Part shown: positions 36,301-47,288 of the stretch, piece after piece
Position numbering within the stretch: position 1 is the first letter of the stretch
How the letters are laid out: each line of letters opens with the position of its first letter
Source: Escherichia phage SF
DNA: 64,000 nucleotides
Sequence record: MH359124
Reading direction: 5' to 3' (one strand)
Translations under genes and position numbers: made by a program
Notes under the pieces: model-generated
Told to the model about the DNA's origin: nothing
The model's database searches: none
The model's input: only the letters and a program-made list of their open reading frames with translations

Positions 36301-36470
36301 GTCCATCTATAGCTATTACGGGGAATTGCTTCCCCATTAGCTGTTTTGGTCTCAGCTATTTCCACAAAATAGTAGAAATTAGCGCCAACCTCATCCCAGC
36401 GAATTTGAACTTGGTTTGCGGACAATTTAGATAATCTGAGACTCGTGACTGCTGGCGCTTTTACTGTCAT
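33372..36470 (-). CDS. 7: gp7 baseplate wedge initiator
   Basis: 1032-aa ORF (T4 gp7 is 1032 aa). Confidence 0.92.
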   Translation of the reverse strand: MTVKAPAVTSLRLSKLSANQVQIRWDEVGANFYYFVEIAETKTANGEAIPRNSYRWTNLGYTADNNFFESGLNSLTTYMMRVATAAEGFEQSDWRYTEEFETFEINAYTFQHMIEMQLANEFISEKFTKNNTNYVDFNNDTIMAALMSESFQFSPAYTDVSSIRNFIIGENQYHEIQGHIQDVCKDINRVYLMESEGILYLFERFQPIVKVSNDKGQTWKAVKLLNDRVGYPLSRTVYYQSEYTTYLLGYDKIFYGRKSSDIRWSANDVRFSSQDVTFAKIGDRLNLGFDVEIFGTYASLPGNVSRIAEAITCNDDYVYIAARDKVRFVKTSNAPIDSDPLSPTYSERLFEPETFTITGNPKAVCYKMDSVGGRIFALIIGEVENVNDDPRTKPILDSVDKGVYVLDHDAGTFKRIFGNTEEERRRIEPAFTNMSTDGVELYISSSNFKFLESDIVDDPETQSKYGLLEAVKYEYPREWLADKHYHMMIFASNEESNWETFSPTPMQYYAEPFFSYSRKSGTRSWINNSDRAVVIYSDLLYTKVVESHPSTSPDRKVHEYWNDGDCKIVMPNIEFTGFKKYASGMLFYKSSGEIISYYDFSYRVRDNVSIIWKPTNVFLTSSLQNQEKETSWVPVEETGLADPDLRPLLTTMMPESYLLDNTNFEAFCEAYIQYLSDGYGTHYNNLLNLIKNKYPREEHAWEYLWSEIYKRNIYLNAEKRDLVSRFFESRSYDFYSTKGTEASYKFLFKVLYNEDVEVEIESSAGTEYDIIIQSDSISEDLVGQTIYTATGRCNVTYLERSYSKGKLQWTVTIHNLLGRLLVGQEVKAERLADFEGEIVRGIKGKELAQNTIDYFNRGRAYYVMKIKSNLPSSRWKSDVLRFVHPVGFGFIAITLLTMFINTGLTLKHVETIINKYKNYKWDSGLPTEYADRVARLDPQGNVEFNPVTGEVIYDAGPYAGIEYPLPANYDEENDNSIFQGQLPSERRKPMSPLFDASGTTFSRFRELVNERLLDNVGNPRDPINPPQVKLDE

Positions 36471-38437
36471 TGTGAAATAGGCTCCAAATCTATGGTTAAA
36501 TATTGCGGACGTAAGTCATTTTCAAATACAATTAACGACCCGTCTTTAGTAAAGATAACATCATCAGCTGGGTCTGAATAGAGTTCAATAGTTTGAACTT
36601 CAAACCTATCAGAAGTTAAATCAATTTTAGCTATATTCCAATAAATTGAATCAGCCGGATAATTTACTTCACCTATAGAGTAATATTTGTTTCTTCCGTC
36701 CTTAACATTAAGTTTATTAAAATCGTCACCAGTATATGGTTGAATATAAGCGTTTTCTATAACGTCGCCATCTGCAAACGGGCCAATAATAACTTGTCCA
36801 ATGCCGCGGTCATTTCTATCTGAACCTACAATGCGAACGTCGTATTTAATAGTAACTTCCGTTTCAGGGTCAACGCGTAAACTATCAAATGAAAACACGT
36901 TAGATTCTAATGTTCTATCTTTAATCTGGTTATTGTATTTAATACCTGTTTCAGGTGTTTTGTAGAAGTTCTGTACCTCGCGAACCATTTGAATAGTCGC
37001 AGACGAACCAATGATAGAAATATCTGCGTCATCGACATACGTTAGCATTTTAGATTTTGCGAATGACGAGTTAAAAATTTCCACGTCTTCAATATAATAA
37101 CGGTCGATTTTATTAATAATTTGGCCTTCTAACCATTGTTCAGATTCCTGTAATTTGTTCAATGCATACGTAACGCGAATATTCATTTTAATAAACAAAT
37201 AATCAGGAGAAATAACAACAGGAGTTATCGTCCCTAAGTTATACTCATTAAGATAATTTTTAATATCGTCTCGTTGGACGGAAGTCAAATATAACCCAGA
37301 CTTAGGTTTAGCAGCAATAAATGCGTACCCAGGCTTAGATGAATCCGTAAATGTCTGAACCGCTTGAATAATAGAACCAAATCGCTCAGAGACGAATGTG
37401 TCGTAATCAGTCGCGGTCACACATCGTTGTTGAGTTTCGCGTTTAATTGTACCTAATTCACGGATACGTTCAATATCTTCAGGGTCGCCGCCGCCATCCG
37501 CGCCAACGAAGTCAGGGTTATTACTTGGGTTTTCATTAATTCCAATAACCGTGATATTAGCTAATGTATCAGCATAAGAAAATCCTACTGCACCATTTGC
37601 TTCAGCACCATTAGTAGAAATATATTCAATTACGATTTTAGAACCCTGAACAGGTTTAAGGCCACCAATATAGTTAGATGTTAACGCACCTTCTGATGTG
37701 TTAATAGAGATTTCGCCTTCACCAAAATAAAATTCAGTGTTCCCATCAACTGTTTCACGCATATAATAGATTGTTGACGTAGAACCAGCGTGAACCATCG
37801 ACTTACGAGTCCAGTTAATCCATTCTGCTCCGTCAACATACAACTTAACCAAATTACGGTCAATATTCTTATCACGAATAATGATAGGTTTTAATCTATC
37901 AAATGTTAATTCAGTGCGAACAATACGTCCTTGAGCTAATCGAAGACGTGGAAAATATTGGTTATTTTTGTCTTTAACTACAATGACATCTTCAGTAGAA
38001 ACAAAGTTATACGGGTTAACAGAAGTATCTTTAGCGTATGCTAAGAAACGAGTGCCACGTGGAATGGTGATATAGTTTCTATTTAATGCATCCGTACATG
38101 TGAGCATAATTTCTGTTTGTGCTGCTGATTTAGATGAAGGCAGATATCCGTTATCTTGAGCCGCTTGTACAACAGAACTACGCAAGTTTGCAGTACGCAT
38201 AAAACTTTCATACACTGCACTATTACTGAACTGTTGGATGTAAAGAGTGTTATATGCTAAAAGGTCACACAATACGTTTAAACGTGAACCTTCAAAATCA
38301 TAATCAAGAAATTCATTCTGTCCGTTGAGCCATTCGATAATGTTCTGTTTGATTTCGGCAAATGTGCCCCCGATAAAAATCTCGGGAATAGCATTCGCTG
38401 TTCGGGTTAATTGATAATTTACAGGAGTGTTTGCCAT
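36467..38437 (-). CDS. 6: gp6 baseplate wedge subunit
   Basis: Start placed at ATG 38437 (MANTPVNYQLTRT) with RBS AGGAA; about 656 aa (T4 gp6 is 660 aa). Confidence 0.9.
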   Translation of the reverse strand: MANTPVNYQLTRTANAIPEIFIGGTFAEIKQNIIEWLNGQNEFLDYDFEGSRLNVLCDLLAYNTLYIQQFSNSAVYESFMRTANLRSSVVQAAQDNGYLPSSKSAAQTEIMLTCTDALNRNYITIPRGTRFLAYAKDTSVNPYNFVSTEDVIVVKDKNNQYFPRLRLAQGRIVRTELTFDRLKPIIIRDKNIDRNLVKLYVDGAEWINWTRKSMVHAGSTSTIYYMRETVDGNTEFYFGEGEISINTSEGALTSNYIGGLKPVQGSKIVIEYISTNGAEANGAVGFSYADTLANITVIGINENPSNNPDFVGADGGGDPEDIERIRELGTIKRETQQRCVTATDYDTFVSERFGSIIQAVQTFTDSSKPGYAFIAAKPKSGLYLTSVQRDDIKNYLNEYNLGTITPVVISPDYLFIKMNIRVTYALNKLQESEQWLEGQIINKIDRYYIEDVEIFNSSFAKSKMLTYVDDADISIIGSSATIQMVREVQNFYKTPETGIKYNNQIKDRTLESNVFSFDSLRVDPETEVTIKYDVRIVGSDRNDRGIGQVIIGPFADGDVIENAYIQPYTGDDFNKLNVKDGRNKYYSIGEVNYPADSIYWNIAKIDLTSDRFEVQTIELYSDPADDVIFTKDGSLIVFENDLRPQYLTIDLEPISQ

Positions 38438-38445
38438 TTTAATTC

Positions 38446-38739
38446 CTATTTTATAAAGACTTTTGACGAGGCCTGAGAAACAGTATCCCCGCATGAAATT
38501 GGGTCGGCCATTTGAACGGCCTTTTTACCGGTGACGTATACTTTAGATGTACGAGGTTCAGTAACACCTCCATGAGTCTCGTATGGTTTTTTAATTTCTG
38601 TATGAGGTGTTATTTGGTCTCCTGCCACAAGAACAGGAATACCGCCGGTGAACACTTTAGATTGGGAAGCATTTATTACAGTAGGAGGCCATGCTTCATG
38701 ACCTGATGTAACGCACTTGTCGTAACTTAAGCCAGACAT
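38446..38739 (-). CDS. 5.4: gp5.4 PAAR-repeat baseplate spike tip
   Basis: Start at ATG 38739 gives a 97-aa protein [19 protein letters not shown]...PISCGDTV matching T4 gp5.4; RBS GAGG upstream. Confidence 0.88.
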   Translation of the reverse strand: MSGLSYDKCVTSGHEAWPPTVINASQSKVFTGGIPVLVAGDQITPHTEIKKPYETHGGVTEPRTSKVYVTGKKAVQMADPISCGDTVSQASSKVFIK

Positions 38740-38741
38740 TT

Positions 38742-39257
38742 TCACGGCCTCACATAAACATAGTTTCGTAATTGTTGAGCCCATTTGCTCCAATTTCCTA
38801 CTATAGTTTTTGTATAAACCTTAGTAAGAGTTTTTTGTACTGGAGCCGGTGGAGGTTCCGTACCAGAGTCACTTCTAGAACCGCCTGATGAACTTTCTTC
38901 TTGGTAATTATAAATCATTTCAACCGTATAACTAAACACTTTACGAAGATTCTGAGGAGCTCTCCACAAATATAACTGTGTGGATTCATCTTTTGGTAAA
39001 TCGTCCCATGAAGATGCGGTTTTAAAATCGTCATTTAATCGGTATTTCAATGCATCCGAAGAAAAGCTAAACACACTTTCATATGTTCCATATAAACGAT
39101 TACCATCTACCGTAATGCCTTGTGTCGGTTCATAATCTGTTATATTTATTGACACTAAAGTTTCGGTTGTTTCTAACTGTGGAGTAAAAAGGACGTCAAT
39201 AGACGCCCCTTCCATGTCTTCTCCTAAGTCGGTATTTAAAGGAAGTATTTGTGCCAT
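38742..39257 (-). CDS. conserved protein at the gene 5.1 position (between gp5 and gp5.4)
   Basis: 171-aa ORF, synteny only. Confidence 0.6.
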   Translation of the reverse strand: MAQILPLNTDLGEDMEGASIDVLFTPQLETTETLVSINITDYEPTQGITVDGNRLYGTYESVFSFSSDALKYRLNDDFKTASSWDDLPKDESTQLYLWRAPQNLRKVFSYTVEMIYNYQEESSSGGSRSDSGTEPPPAPVQKTLTKVYTKTIVGNWSKWAQQLRNYVYVRP

Positions 39258-39260
39258 ATA

Positions 39261-40994
39261 TTACCCAATATCAATACGAGATCCGTCAACAGTGTATTGT
39301 CCTGAAGCTATTGAGCTCATTGTAGACATTGTCTCTGACCAATCCCCGGCAACAGTCATATCAACATTACCATTAACAGTCCATTTAACGTTTCCGTTGA
39401 CGGTGTAATCATGATTCCCTTCGACCTGAGTTTTAGCATCGCCTTTAACAAGAATATCTGCGTTTCCATCAACAACTATTTTGATATTGCCCTTAACGTA
39501 AAGAGTTCCATCGCCTTCAACAGTTTTAGATTGGTTACCACGAATAAAGATTGTGTCATTGCCGTCTATTTGATGGAGGCGGTCTGCCATGTTATAATAT
39601 ATTTCGTTAGCACCAACGTTAACAAGTTTATCACCGGAAATCAAGAAGTTCCCATCACCATTAGTGATGTCAAAAAGGTCTTCTACAGTTTTACGAGTGC
39701 GACGACCGGACGGAGAAACTTCCTCATATGACCCTGTTGGATGAACTAAGCGATAACGTTCGTTACCTGGAGTGTCGTCAAACTCTTGGATATGACCGCT
39801 TTCTGTTTCCATAGCGTGAACATACGGGTATTCACCACGATAACTTGATTCCGGTTCTTTAAAAAGGATACGCGAATCTAACGGAACAGGAGGACCGGCT
39901 GGGTCTTCTGGATCTGTATTTCTAGTAACTAAATCGGCACCAACTCCCGGTGAAGGCGGTGTTTTAACAGGAACACCATATGATTCCATGTTACCAGTTA
40001 AAATAATTGTTGTTACACGTGAAGCACGCCCTTTAGTCTGTTGGAACCATAACGAATCGCGTCCAGATTTGTATGCGGTTTTCCAATCACCTGCGGCCAT
40101 TGCTTTAAGCATAGTATTGAATTTTGCTACACCACCAACGCCCATCTGGAAGCACATGTTTTCTAATGCCATTTGGCGAGATCTGTTCATTTTAGCATAA
40201 ACAGGACCTACTTTAGAATTAGAACGAATGTCTTTCTGCATCTTAGCAAGGTCCTTCTCAAATAACGCTGTTGCTTCTTCTAACGTAATAGTTCCCGGAT
40301 TTCCTGTTACTTCACGCCCTACTTGATCAGATAACAATTTATTAATCCGAGACATATCTCGGGTTTTTTCCATTACGATAAGGTGTCCAATACCTACTGT
40401 AGGATATCCGAGATGGTCCCAATACACTTTATCACGAAGACCTTCGTCACGACGTAACATTTCTGTTATTGTAAAATTAGGGTCATCATCTTCTGGAATA
40501 TTTGCTAAATCTGTATCATCTGGGTTTATACCATAATCTAAGTTGTTATCTTGAATTACGTTAGAGTTCGAATAATAACCAGCTTCACCACCTTGGTTTA
40601 GTACGTTCGTATCATTACCTAAACGTCGCGGATACTGACCTGTCGGGTCTGAAAAACCTTCAAGTCTATTAGGCTTTTCACGTACTATTCCGCCGTATGT
40701 ACCAAGTACAATCCCGTTTGTTTTCCATTTGTCTAAGAAATGACCATATACTCGAGTTCCTTCAACAGGACCTGTAACAGAACCACCAATACCAGACATT
40801 GATGCAGACGTAATAGGTTGAATAACAGTCATCCATGGAAGTTTTTCTGTAGGAATACCTTGTACGTCACCTTGTGCTCTCTGTGCTGGATGAAGACCAA
40901 CGACTCGAACTCGAACTCGCCCTTGTTTTAATGGGTCCATTCTGTCCTCGACAACGCCCACGAACCAATTAAGGCTACTGCTAATCATTTCCAT
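39261..40994 (-). CDS. 5: gp5 baseplate hub / cell-puncturing spike with lysozyme domain
   Basis: 577-aa ORF with T4-lysozyme-like domain (RDEGLRDKVYWDHLGYPTVGIGHL) and C-terminal beta-helix VxGxxxxx repeats. Confidence 0.95.
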   Translation of the reverse strand: MEMISSSLNWFVGVVEDRMDPLKQGRVRVRVVGLHPAQRAQGDVQGIPTEKLPWMTVIQPITSASMSGIGGSVTGPVEGTRVYGHFLDKWKTNGIVLGTYGGIVREKPNRLEGFSDPTGQYPRRLGNDTNVLNQGGEAGYYSNSNVIQDNNLDYGINPDDTDLANIPEDDDPNFTITEMLRRDEGLRDKVYWDHLGYPTVGIGHLIVMEKTRDMSRINKLLSDQVGREVTGNPGTITLEEATALFEKDLAKMQKDIRSNSKVGPVYAKMNRSRQMALENMCFQMGVGGVAKFNTMLKAMAAGDWKTAYKSGRDSLWFQQTKGRASRVTTIILTGNMESYGVPVKTPPSPGVGADLVTRNTDPEDPAGPPVPLDSRILFKEPESSYRGEYPYVHAMETESGHIQEFDDTPGNERYRLVHPTGSYEEVSPSGRRTRKTVEDLFDITNGDGNFLISGDKLVNVGANEIYYNMADRLHQIDGNDTIFIRGNQSKTVEGDGTLYVKGNIKIVVDGNADILVKGDAKTQVEGNHDYTVNGNVKWTVNGNVDMTVAGDWSETMSTMSSIASGQYTVDGSRIDIG

Positions 40995-41569
40995 TATGCA
41001 ATCTCCATCTCACGAATCAAATCTGTTATAAACGAGTTTATATCTTCTTTTGCAACGATTTTTATTTTACGAAGTTTTTCATTATCTAATACTGCCGCTT
41101 CATAAGTATCTACTGCAGCTAAAGGTCCTTTATATTGTGGATACTTACGAGCTTTATCGCCTTTATCATACCATACTAATGGCTCATCTGGATATGAAAC
41201 TAAGTTATAAAATTTCTCGCGTTTTTCGTTAATATGATAAAGAACTTGGTCTCCGCCAGCATTTGCATATTTCTGAATAGAAGCTTGATACGCTGCTTCC
41301 TGAGATGTAATCCAACCATAATACGGATCATAGTTATCATTACACATCAAAAGGACCCAGTATAATTGAGGGTTGCCATAAATTATGTTTGCTAGTTCTT
41401 CAGGACGCGGAGAGCCTTTAATGTAATAAGAACGTAATCTATAATTGGCAGCAACACGCTTAAAGTACTCTTTATAGTTACGAAATATGTCTGTCATAGG
41501 AATAGTAGGTGCGTTCTTATTAACTGTTTTAGCACTATATCCTATTGGGTCGAAGAATGTAAATAACAA
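40994..41569 (-). CDS. 53: gp53 baseplate wedge subunit
   Basis: 191-aa ORF beginning MLFTFFDPIGYSAKTVNKNAPTIPMTDIFRNYKEYFKR; divergent from gp4 across a late-promoter region. Confidence 0.88.
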   Translation of the reverse strand: MLFTFFDPIGYSAKTVNKNAPTIPMTDIFRNYKEYFKRVAANYRLRSYYIKGSPRPEELANIIYGNPQLYWVLLMCNDNYDPYYGWITSQEAAYQASIQKYANAGGDQVLYHINEKREKFYNLVSYPDEPLVWYDKGDKARKYPQYKGPLAAVDTYEAAVLDNEKLRKIKIVAKEDINSFITDLIREMEIA

Positions 41570-41596
41570 GATAGTCTCCTTCCAATATGAAATTGG

Positions 41597-41619
41597 TATA
41601 AATAATAATACTATTTATA
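41597..41619. promoter_or_regulatory. divergent late promoters for gp4 (+, 41597..41604) and gp53 (-, 41612..41619)
   Basis: ggTATAAATAataatacTATTTATAagg in the 61-bp gp53/gp4 divergent spacer. Confidence 0.7.
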
Positions 41620-41630
41620 AGGAGGACAAC

Positions 41631-42080
41631 ATGGCCTACTCTGGTAAATGGGTCCCAAAAAATTTAAAAAAATACCGTGGAGACCATACCAAAATAACGT
41701 ATCGTTCAAACTGGGAAAAATTCTTTTTCGAATGGTTGGATAAAAATCCAGAAATTATTGCATGGGGTAGTGAAACAGCAGTAATTCCATATTTTTGTAA
41801 TGCTGAAGGTAAGAAACGTCGATACTATATGGACATATGGATGAAAGATGCATCAGGTCAAGAGTTCTTTGTAGAAATAAAACCAAAGAAAGAAACTCAG
41901 CCGCCTATTAAGCCTGTAAATCTTACGACCGCAGCAAAGAAACGTTATATGAACGAGATCTACGTGTGGTCTGTGAACTGTGATAAATGGAAAGCTGCTT
42001 CTGCTGTCGCAGAAAAGAGAAATATAAAATTTCGAGTTCTAACCGAAGATGGACTTAGGAAACTCGGATACAAGGGGTAA
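41631..42080 (+). CDS. 4: gp4 head completion protein
   Basis: ATG 41631 with RBS AAGGAGG; [43 protein letters not shown] matches T4 gp4. Confidence 0.92.
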   Translation: MAYSGKWVPKNLKKYRGDHTKITYRSNWEKFFFEWLDKNPEIIAWGSETAVIPYFCNAEGKKRRYYMDIWMKDASGQEFFVEIKPKKETQPPIKPVNLTTAAKKRYMNEIYVWSVNCDKWKAASAVAEKRNIKFRVLTEDGLRKLGYKG

Positions 42081-42082
42081 TT

Positions 42083-42904
42083 ATGAGCATATTCCAAATT
42101 ATATCTGAAGGCGTACAAGCCCCTAAGATTGCTCAGTCTATGAATGAAAGAAAATGGATTGAGATAGGATTAGAATACAAGAAAGCTAAAGAGAAAGGAA
42201 TCACTGCAAAAGCATTTGCAGAATCAAAAGGAATAAAATACTCGTCGTTTACATCTGCAATGTCTAGATATGCATCATCTATTAAGACTGCACAGAAAAT
42301 TGAAACGCTTGAATCTAAACCTAAAAATAAACTCAATAAGCAAGAACGTCAACTTCTGATGATAAACTCGTTTCGCAGTTCAATACGAGAAAAGATTAGA
42401 AATGAAGGCGCAGCAGTAAACAACAAATCATCTAAGTGGTTTGTTGAAACAATTAAGAAAAGTGTAAAAGGTCATAAAGTAGTCAAGCCTACGCCAGGCA
42501 AAATTTATACTTACGTGTATGATGCTAAACATAAAGATACTCTGCCATATTGGGACCGATATCCTTTGATTATTTATTTAGGATTAGGTAAACATAATTT
42601 GATGTATGGGCTAAACTTGCACTATATCCCACCTAAAGCACGTCAACAGTTTCTTGAAGAATTGCTGAAGCAATATGCTAGCACAACTACTATTACTAAT
42701 AACACAAAGTTGAAGATAGACTGGAGCAAGGTGAAAGGATTTCAAGGTGCTGACAAAATGATTAAAGCATACCTGCCAGGCCACATTAGAGGAACAATAA
42801 CAGAAATAGCTCCTAAAGACTGGGCTAACATAATCATGTTACCTACTCAGCAGTTTATGTCAAAAGGAAAACGTTTCTCTGCGAATACTGTTTGGAAATC
42901 TTAA
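42083..42904 (+). CDS. 2: gp2 DNA end protector protein
   Basis: 273-aa ORF (T4 gp2 is 274 aa), synteny 4-2-3-1. Confidence 0.88.
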   Translation: MSIFQIISEGVQAPKIAQSMNERKWIEIGLEYKKAKEKGITAKAFAESKGIKYSSFTSAMSRYASSIKTAQKIETLESKPKNKLNKQERQLLMINSFRSSIREKIRNEGAAVNNKSSKWFVETIKKSVKGHKVVKPTPGKIYTYVYDAKHKDTLPYWDRYPLIIYLGLGKHNLMYGLNLHYIPPKARQQFLEELLKQYASTTTITNNTKLKIDWSKVKGFQGADKMIKAYLPGHIRGTITEIAPKDWANIIMLPTQQFMSKGKRFSANTVWKS

Positions 42905-43006
42905 TTCTATTCTCTTCCGTTCTTCTGATATTCTGTTGAACCAGATTAATGGAAGAGACCTAAAACCATTATACTGCATTTTTATTAAAGCGTTTTTGAG
43001 GTGCTT

Positions 43007-43591
43007 ATGACTCGTCCAGCGAGACAGATTTTTAACCAAACAAATATAACAAACTTTGTTGTGGATATCCCGGATAGTACACGAACTTCAGGTTTTGTGC
43101 TCAATGCCCAAACGGCTCCACTACCAGGTGTGAGAATTCCTGTTGTTGAAACTGTGACTGGCACAATGGGGTTAGGACGTGCAATGCGTGCAGGCACCAC
43201 ATTTGAATATGACCCTTTTGTTGTACGATTTATAGTTGATGAAGACATGACGTCCTGGATGAACATGTATAAATGGATGCTCAGCACTAATAACTATATA
43301 ACCGGGCATAATACTGCACACTCCGATGGTCCTGAGTTTGTTACTTTGCACATTTTAAACAACAATAAGACAGAAGTAGTTTTGACGGCAAATTTCTATA
43401 AACCATGGATTTCCGATTTGAGTGAAATTGAATTTAGTTACACTGAAGACTCTGACCCTGCCGTTACGTGCGTAGCAACTATTCACTACGCGTATATGAC
43501 GATAGAAAAGGATGGCGAAGTCATTGTATCTCAACAACCACGTCAAGCTGCCGAATCTAAATCCATTTCTAGACACCCTTCCTTGCGCTAA
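43007..43591 (+). CDS. 3: gp3 tail completion / sheath stabiliser
   Basis: ATG 43007 (MTRPARQIFNQTNITNFVVDIPDS) with RBS GAGGTG; the track start at 43001 is GTG. Confidence 0.85.
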   Translation: MTRPARQIFNQTNITNFVVDIPDSTRTSGFVLNAQTAPLPGVRIPVVETVTGTMGLGRAMRAGTTFEYDPFVVRFIVDEDMTSWMNMYKWMLSTNNYITGHNTAHSDGPEFVTLHILNNNKTEVVLTANFYKPWISDLSEIEFSYTEDSDPAVTCVATIHYAYMTIEKDGEVIVSQQPRQAAESKSISRHPSLR

Positions 43592-43645
43592 TCGCTTCTA
43601 GCTCCATATGTTATAATCGTTCATAAATTATATGAGGAAAATCCT

Positions 43646-44380
43646 ATGGAGCTAATCTTTTTAAGCGGCATCAAACGTAGTGGTAAAGACACTACTGCTG
43701 ATTACATCAATTCAAACTTTAAATCCATAAAATATCAATTAGCATATCCAATTAAAGACGCTCTAGCAATAGCTTGGGAACGTAAACACGCCGAAAACCC
43801 AGATGTATTCACTGAGTTGAAATATGAATACTTTGAAGGCATTGGATACGACCGTGAAACGCCATTAAATCTCAATAAATTGGATGTTATTGAATTATTG
43901 GAAGAAACGCTAATTTATTTACAACGACAATACCTGCCAATTAATGGTGTTAACGTATTATCATCACTAGAAGGTGGATACTCATATCTAGATATTAAAC
44001 CGTACGAAGCCCTGCGTGAAGCTATAAATAATATCAACGACACGTGGTCGATCCGCCGTCTTATGCAAGCCCTCGGTACGGATGTTGTCGTTAATTTATT
44101 TGACCGTATGTATTGGGTTAAGCTTTTTGCATTAAACTATATGGATTATATTGGAAGTGATTTCGATTACTACGTTGTGACCGATACACGCCAAGTCCAT
44201 GAAATGGAAACCGCTAGAGCGATGGGTGCTACAGTTATTCATGTGGTTCGCTCTGGTACGGAATCCACTGATAAACATATTACAGAAGCTGGGTTGCCTA
44301 TTGAAGAAGGCGACTTAGTTATTACAAACGACGGCTCTTTAGAAGAGCTTTATTCTAAAATTGAAAAAATCTTAAGGTAA
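43646..44380 (+). CDS. 1: gp1 deoxynucleoside monophosphate kinase
   Basis: 244-aa ORF with P-loop LSGIKRSGKDTTAD; matches T4 gp1. Confidence 0.92.
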   Translation: MELIFLSGIKRSGKDTTADYINSNFKSIKYQLAYPIKDALAIAWERKHAENPDVFTELKYEYFEGIGYDRETPLNLNKLDVIELLEETLIYLQRQYLPINGVNVLSSLEGGYSYLDIKPYEALREAINNINDTWSIRRLMQALGTDVVVNLFDRMYWVKLFALNYMDYIGSDFDYYVVTDTRQVHEMETARAMGATVIHVVRSGTESTDKHITEAGLPIEEGDLVITNDGSLEELYSKIEKILR

Positions 44381-44384
44381 TAAA

Positions 44385-45070
<686 letters not shown>

Positions 45071-45082
45071 TTTTCAAAAACA

Positions 45083-45118
45083 GTTTACATAAGGATGATG
45101 GCGTGTTACTATCATCCT
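45083..45118 (+). promoter_or_regulatory. early promoter with stem-loop (PeSL-like) for the ipI-locus gene
   Basis: GTTTACA, then inverted repeat AGGATGAT...ATCATCCT enclosing TACTAT. Confidence 0.6.
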
Positions 45119-45146
45119 ATCAAATAAACAACCTCAAGGAAATAAA

Positions 45147-45458
45147 ATGAAAACCTATCAAGAGTTTATCGCTGAAGCTACTAAAGCCGATAAAAATTTT
45201 ATTATTAACACCACCGGTCCGTTAGATGATGAATACGCTAATGCTATTATTAAGTCAATTTCTAATCAAGGCGTTGAAGTAACAAATTTCGAATATAAGA
45301 AAAATGATACTTATATGATAATTAGTATCAAAAAAGGTTCAAAAGCCAAAATTAAATCCGCATTTGGTGTTATGCGAGTTGACCAAATCGATAACCACGA
45401 TTTTTCACAAACAGGGGCCAAACGCCAAAATACCATTTCTTCTAAAGGCATAAAATAA
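45147..45458 (+). CDS. internal protein (ipI locus) with capsid-targeting leader
   Basis: N-terminus MKTYQEFIAEA, the T4 internal-protein capsid targeting sequence; early promoter upstream; position adjacent to 57B. Confidence 0.8.
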   Translation: MKTYQEFIAEATKADKNFIINTTGPLDDEYANAIIKSISNQGVEVTNFEYKKNDTYMIISIKKGSKAKIKSAFGVMRVDQIDNHDFSQTGAKRQNTISSKGIK

Positions 45459-45494
45459 TTTACAACACGATAGGACTATGTTATAATAGTCCTA
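45459..45494 (+). promoter_or_regulatory. early promoter TTTACA-17-TATAAT embedded in a stem-loop (PeSL)
   Basis: aTTTACAacacgaTAGGACTAtgtTATAATAGTCCTAtc: -10 lies in the loop of an 8-bp inverted repeat. Confidence 0.7.
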
Positions 45495-45519
45495 TCAAAA
45501 CAACCAAATGGAACCTAAA

Positions 45520-45783
45520 ATGAAAACTTTCAACGAATTCATCTCAGAATCGTCTGGTGTGAAAATTAACAAAGCGGTCAATCAGGTTATTGCTGATATT
45601 CTTAATTTGTATAACATTGACTTAACTCCGCATATCACGCTTGGTAACAAACGAAACTTTTTCATATTTGACACATCCGAACTTGATGAAAATCAGTTCA
45701 ATAACATTCAACGTTTTGCGAATGATAAAGGTCTTCGACACGAGCCTGGCGGCTATAAAAAATACGCAATATATTTGAAATAA
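45520..45783 (+). CDS. internal-protein-like (CTS variant MKTFNEFISE)
   Basis: Start at ATG 45520; CTS-like N-terminus; PeSL-type promoter-stem-loop upstream. Confidence 0.65.
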   Translation: MKTFNEFISESSGVKINKAVNQVIADILNLYNIDLTPHITLGNKRNFFIFDTSELDENQFNNIQRFANDKGLRHEPGGYKKYAIYLK

Positions 45784-45852
45784 AGGTATACAAGCCTATA
45801 GGGATATGTTATAGTAGTCCTATCAAAACAAATGAGTAAATGGAGAAATAAA

Positions 45853-46038
45853 ATGAAACGCGCTGAACTGATTCGTAATGTTGCTATAGTAATTGCTTCA
45901 ATGGCTTTTAGTTTTTCGATGTTTGTAGGATTCATTTGTGGACTACTGACAACAACTGAAAACTCTATCTCATTGGTAGTAGCATTTCTAATCGGCTTAA
46001 TCGCTATCGTTATGGATAAAATTGCAAAAGGTGAGTAA
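45853..46038 (+). CDS. small membrane protein (2 predicted TM helices)
   Basis: Start at ATG 45853 with RBS GGAG; hydrophobic segments VAIVIASMAFSFSMFVGFICGLL and LVVAFLIGLIAIV. Confidence 0.5.
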   Translation: MKRAELIRNVAIVIASMAFSFSMFVGFICGLLTTTENSISLVVAFLIGLIAIVMDKIAKGE

Positions 46039-46039
46039 A

Positions 46040-46402
46040 ATGAAATATCATGTATATGCGGATTTTGAAGCAAATCCTTCTAAAGACCATGATTGTCGTT
46101 TGATACGCAGACCATTTGATTCAGCAGCTCAAGCATGGGCTTGGATTAAAACTTGTACTCCTTCTTACACTTTCTTTGAAGTGGTAGATGATAACGGTGT
46201 TCTACATCCAGAACCTACAGAAACTATTAATTTCCTTCTGTTTGCTGGTTACGACTGTTATCCTCTTGGCGGTATTGACGATCTTGTTGCTACAGGAAAA
46301 ACTGTTGAAGCTCTTCGTGAAATCTATAAAAATGCTGAAGAAAATTTTGACTGGTACCAGATTGTCAGTGCACATACTTTTGAAGTGGTGGAACACTCAT
46401 GA
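46040..46402 (+). CDS. hypothetical protein
   Basis: ATG 46040 with RBS GGTGAG; 120 aa; no recognisable motif. Confidence 0.6.
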   Translation: MKYHVYADFEANPSKDHDCRLIRRPFDSAAQAWAWIKTCTPSYTFFEVVDDNGVLHPEPTETINFLLFAGYDCYPLGGIDDLVATGKTVEALREIYKNAEENFDWYQIVSAHTFEVVEHS

Positions 46403-46689
46403 TTCTTTATGCTAAAGTAAAATCTGTCGAGAATGGATATGAAAGCGATCAACGTGCAGCTAAAGCACTAGTCGATGACTATGGTATTTTGACTAATTTT
46501 GAAGTTGAAAAGGTTTACATCGACCGTTCGTCTTCACAGGTTAAATTGCTCTGTGAAGATGATAAATTTAACACAGTTAACTTTGATTTCTTTATTGAAA
46601 CAGAAAAAGGCCCTCTTGAATATGATATTTTCAAGAATCCTTTGAAATTACGTTGCATTGAATATAATTACATTAATATGGTACGGTGA
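46399..46689 (+). CDS. hypothetical protein
   Basis: 96-aa ORF coupled to the upstream gene (ATGA overlap). Confidence 0.6.
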   Translation: MILYAKVKSVENGYESDQRAAKALVDDYGILTNFEVEKVYIDRSSSQVKLLCEDDKFNTVNFDFFIETEKGPLEYDIFKNPLKLRCIEYNYINMVR

Positions 46690-46693
46690 TTAA

Positions 46694-47209
46694 ATGAATA
46701 TTTGTTTAGGCAGTACAATTCCTAAAGGTTACGTAATTGATGTCACTACCTATGAAAGTGATGGCGACAATTATAAAACCAAAACATTGTTTGAAGTGGA
46801 AGAGCATGAGCTCCAACAGTTTAAATATCTCTTGAAGAAATTTAAGAGCCGTCATTCTAGCACCAAAGCCGAACGTTATTGCGGTAATACACCATTCGGT
46901 CGTTGTTCGCTTATTATCTACGAATATCTGGTTGAAGGACTGTTCTCAGACCAACTCCAACCGGAATTTATTAAAAAGGTCTTTGGCATCGAAGTAGACC
47001 TTGGTGATAAATCTGAAGAAGACGAAGCCCGCGTATTCGACCTGTTCTTTGTGAAAGGCGGTGAGATATCTCAAGGACTTATTTATATTCTTGGCTATGC
47101 TTCTGAATACTATGATTACGATTTCTTGCGTGTAGTTGAACGTGTCGAATTTGCTTATATTGAAGAAGAAATCGTTTTGCCAACCGTTAAAATGATTGAT
47201 TTGCTTTAA
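46694..47209 (+). CDS. hypothetical protein
   Basis: 171-aa ORF, acidic; no recognisable motif. Confidence 0.6.
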   Translation: MNICLGSTIPKGYVIDVTTYESDGDNYKTKTLFEVEEHELQQFKYLLKKFKSRHSSTKAERYCGNTPFGRCSLIIYEYLVEGLFSDQLQPEFIKKVFGIEVDLGDKSEEDEARVFDLFFVKGGEISQGLIYILGYASEYYDYDFLRVVERVEFAYIEEEIVLPTVKMIDLL

Positions 47210-47288
47210 GAATTATGTGTTATTATTAATTCATACCATCTATTACCAAAGGTGCTCTAAAGTGCCTTTCATAATAGAAAGTTATTTA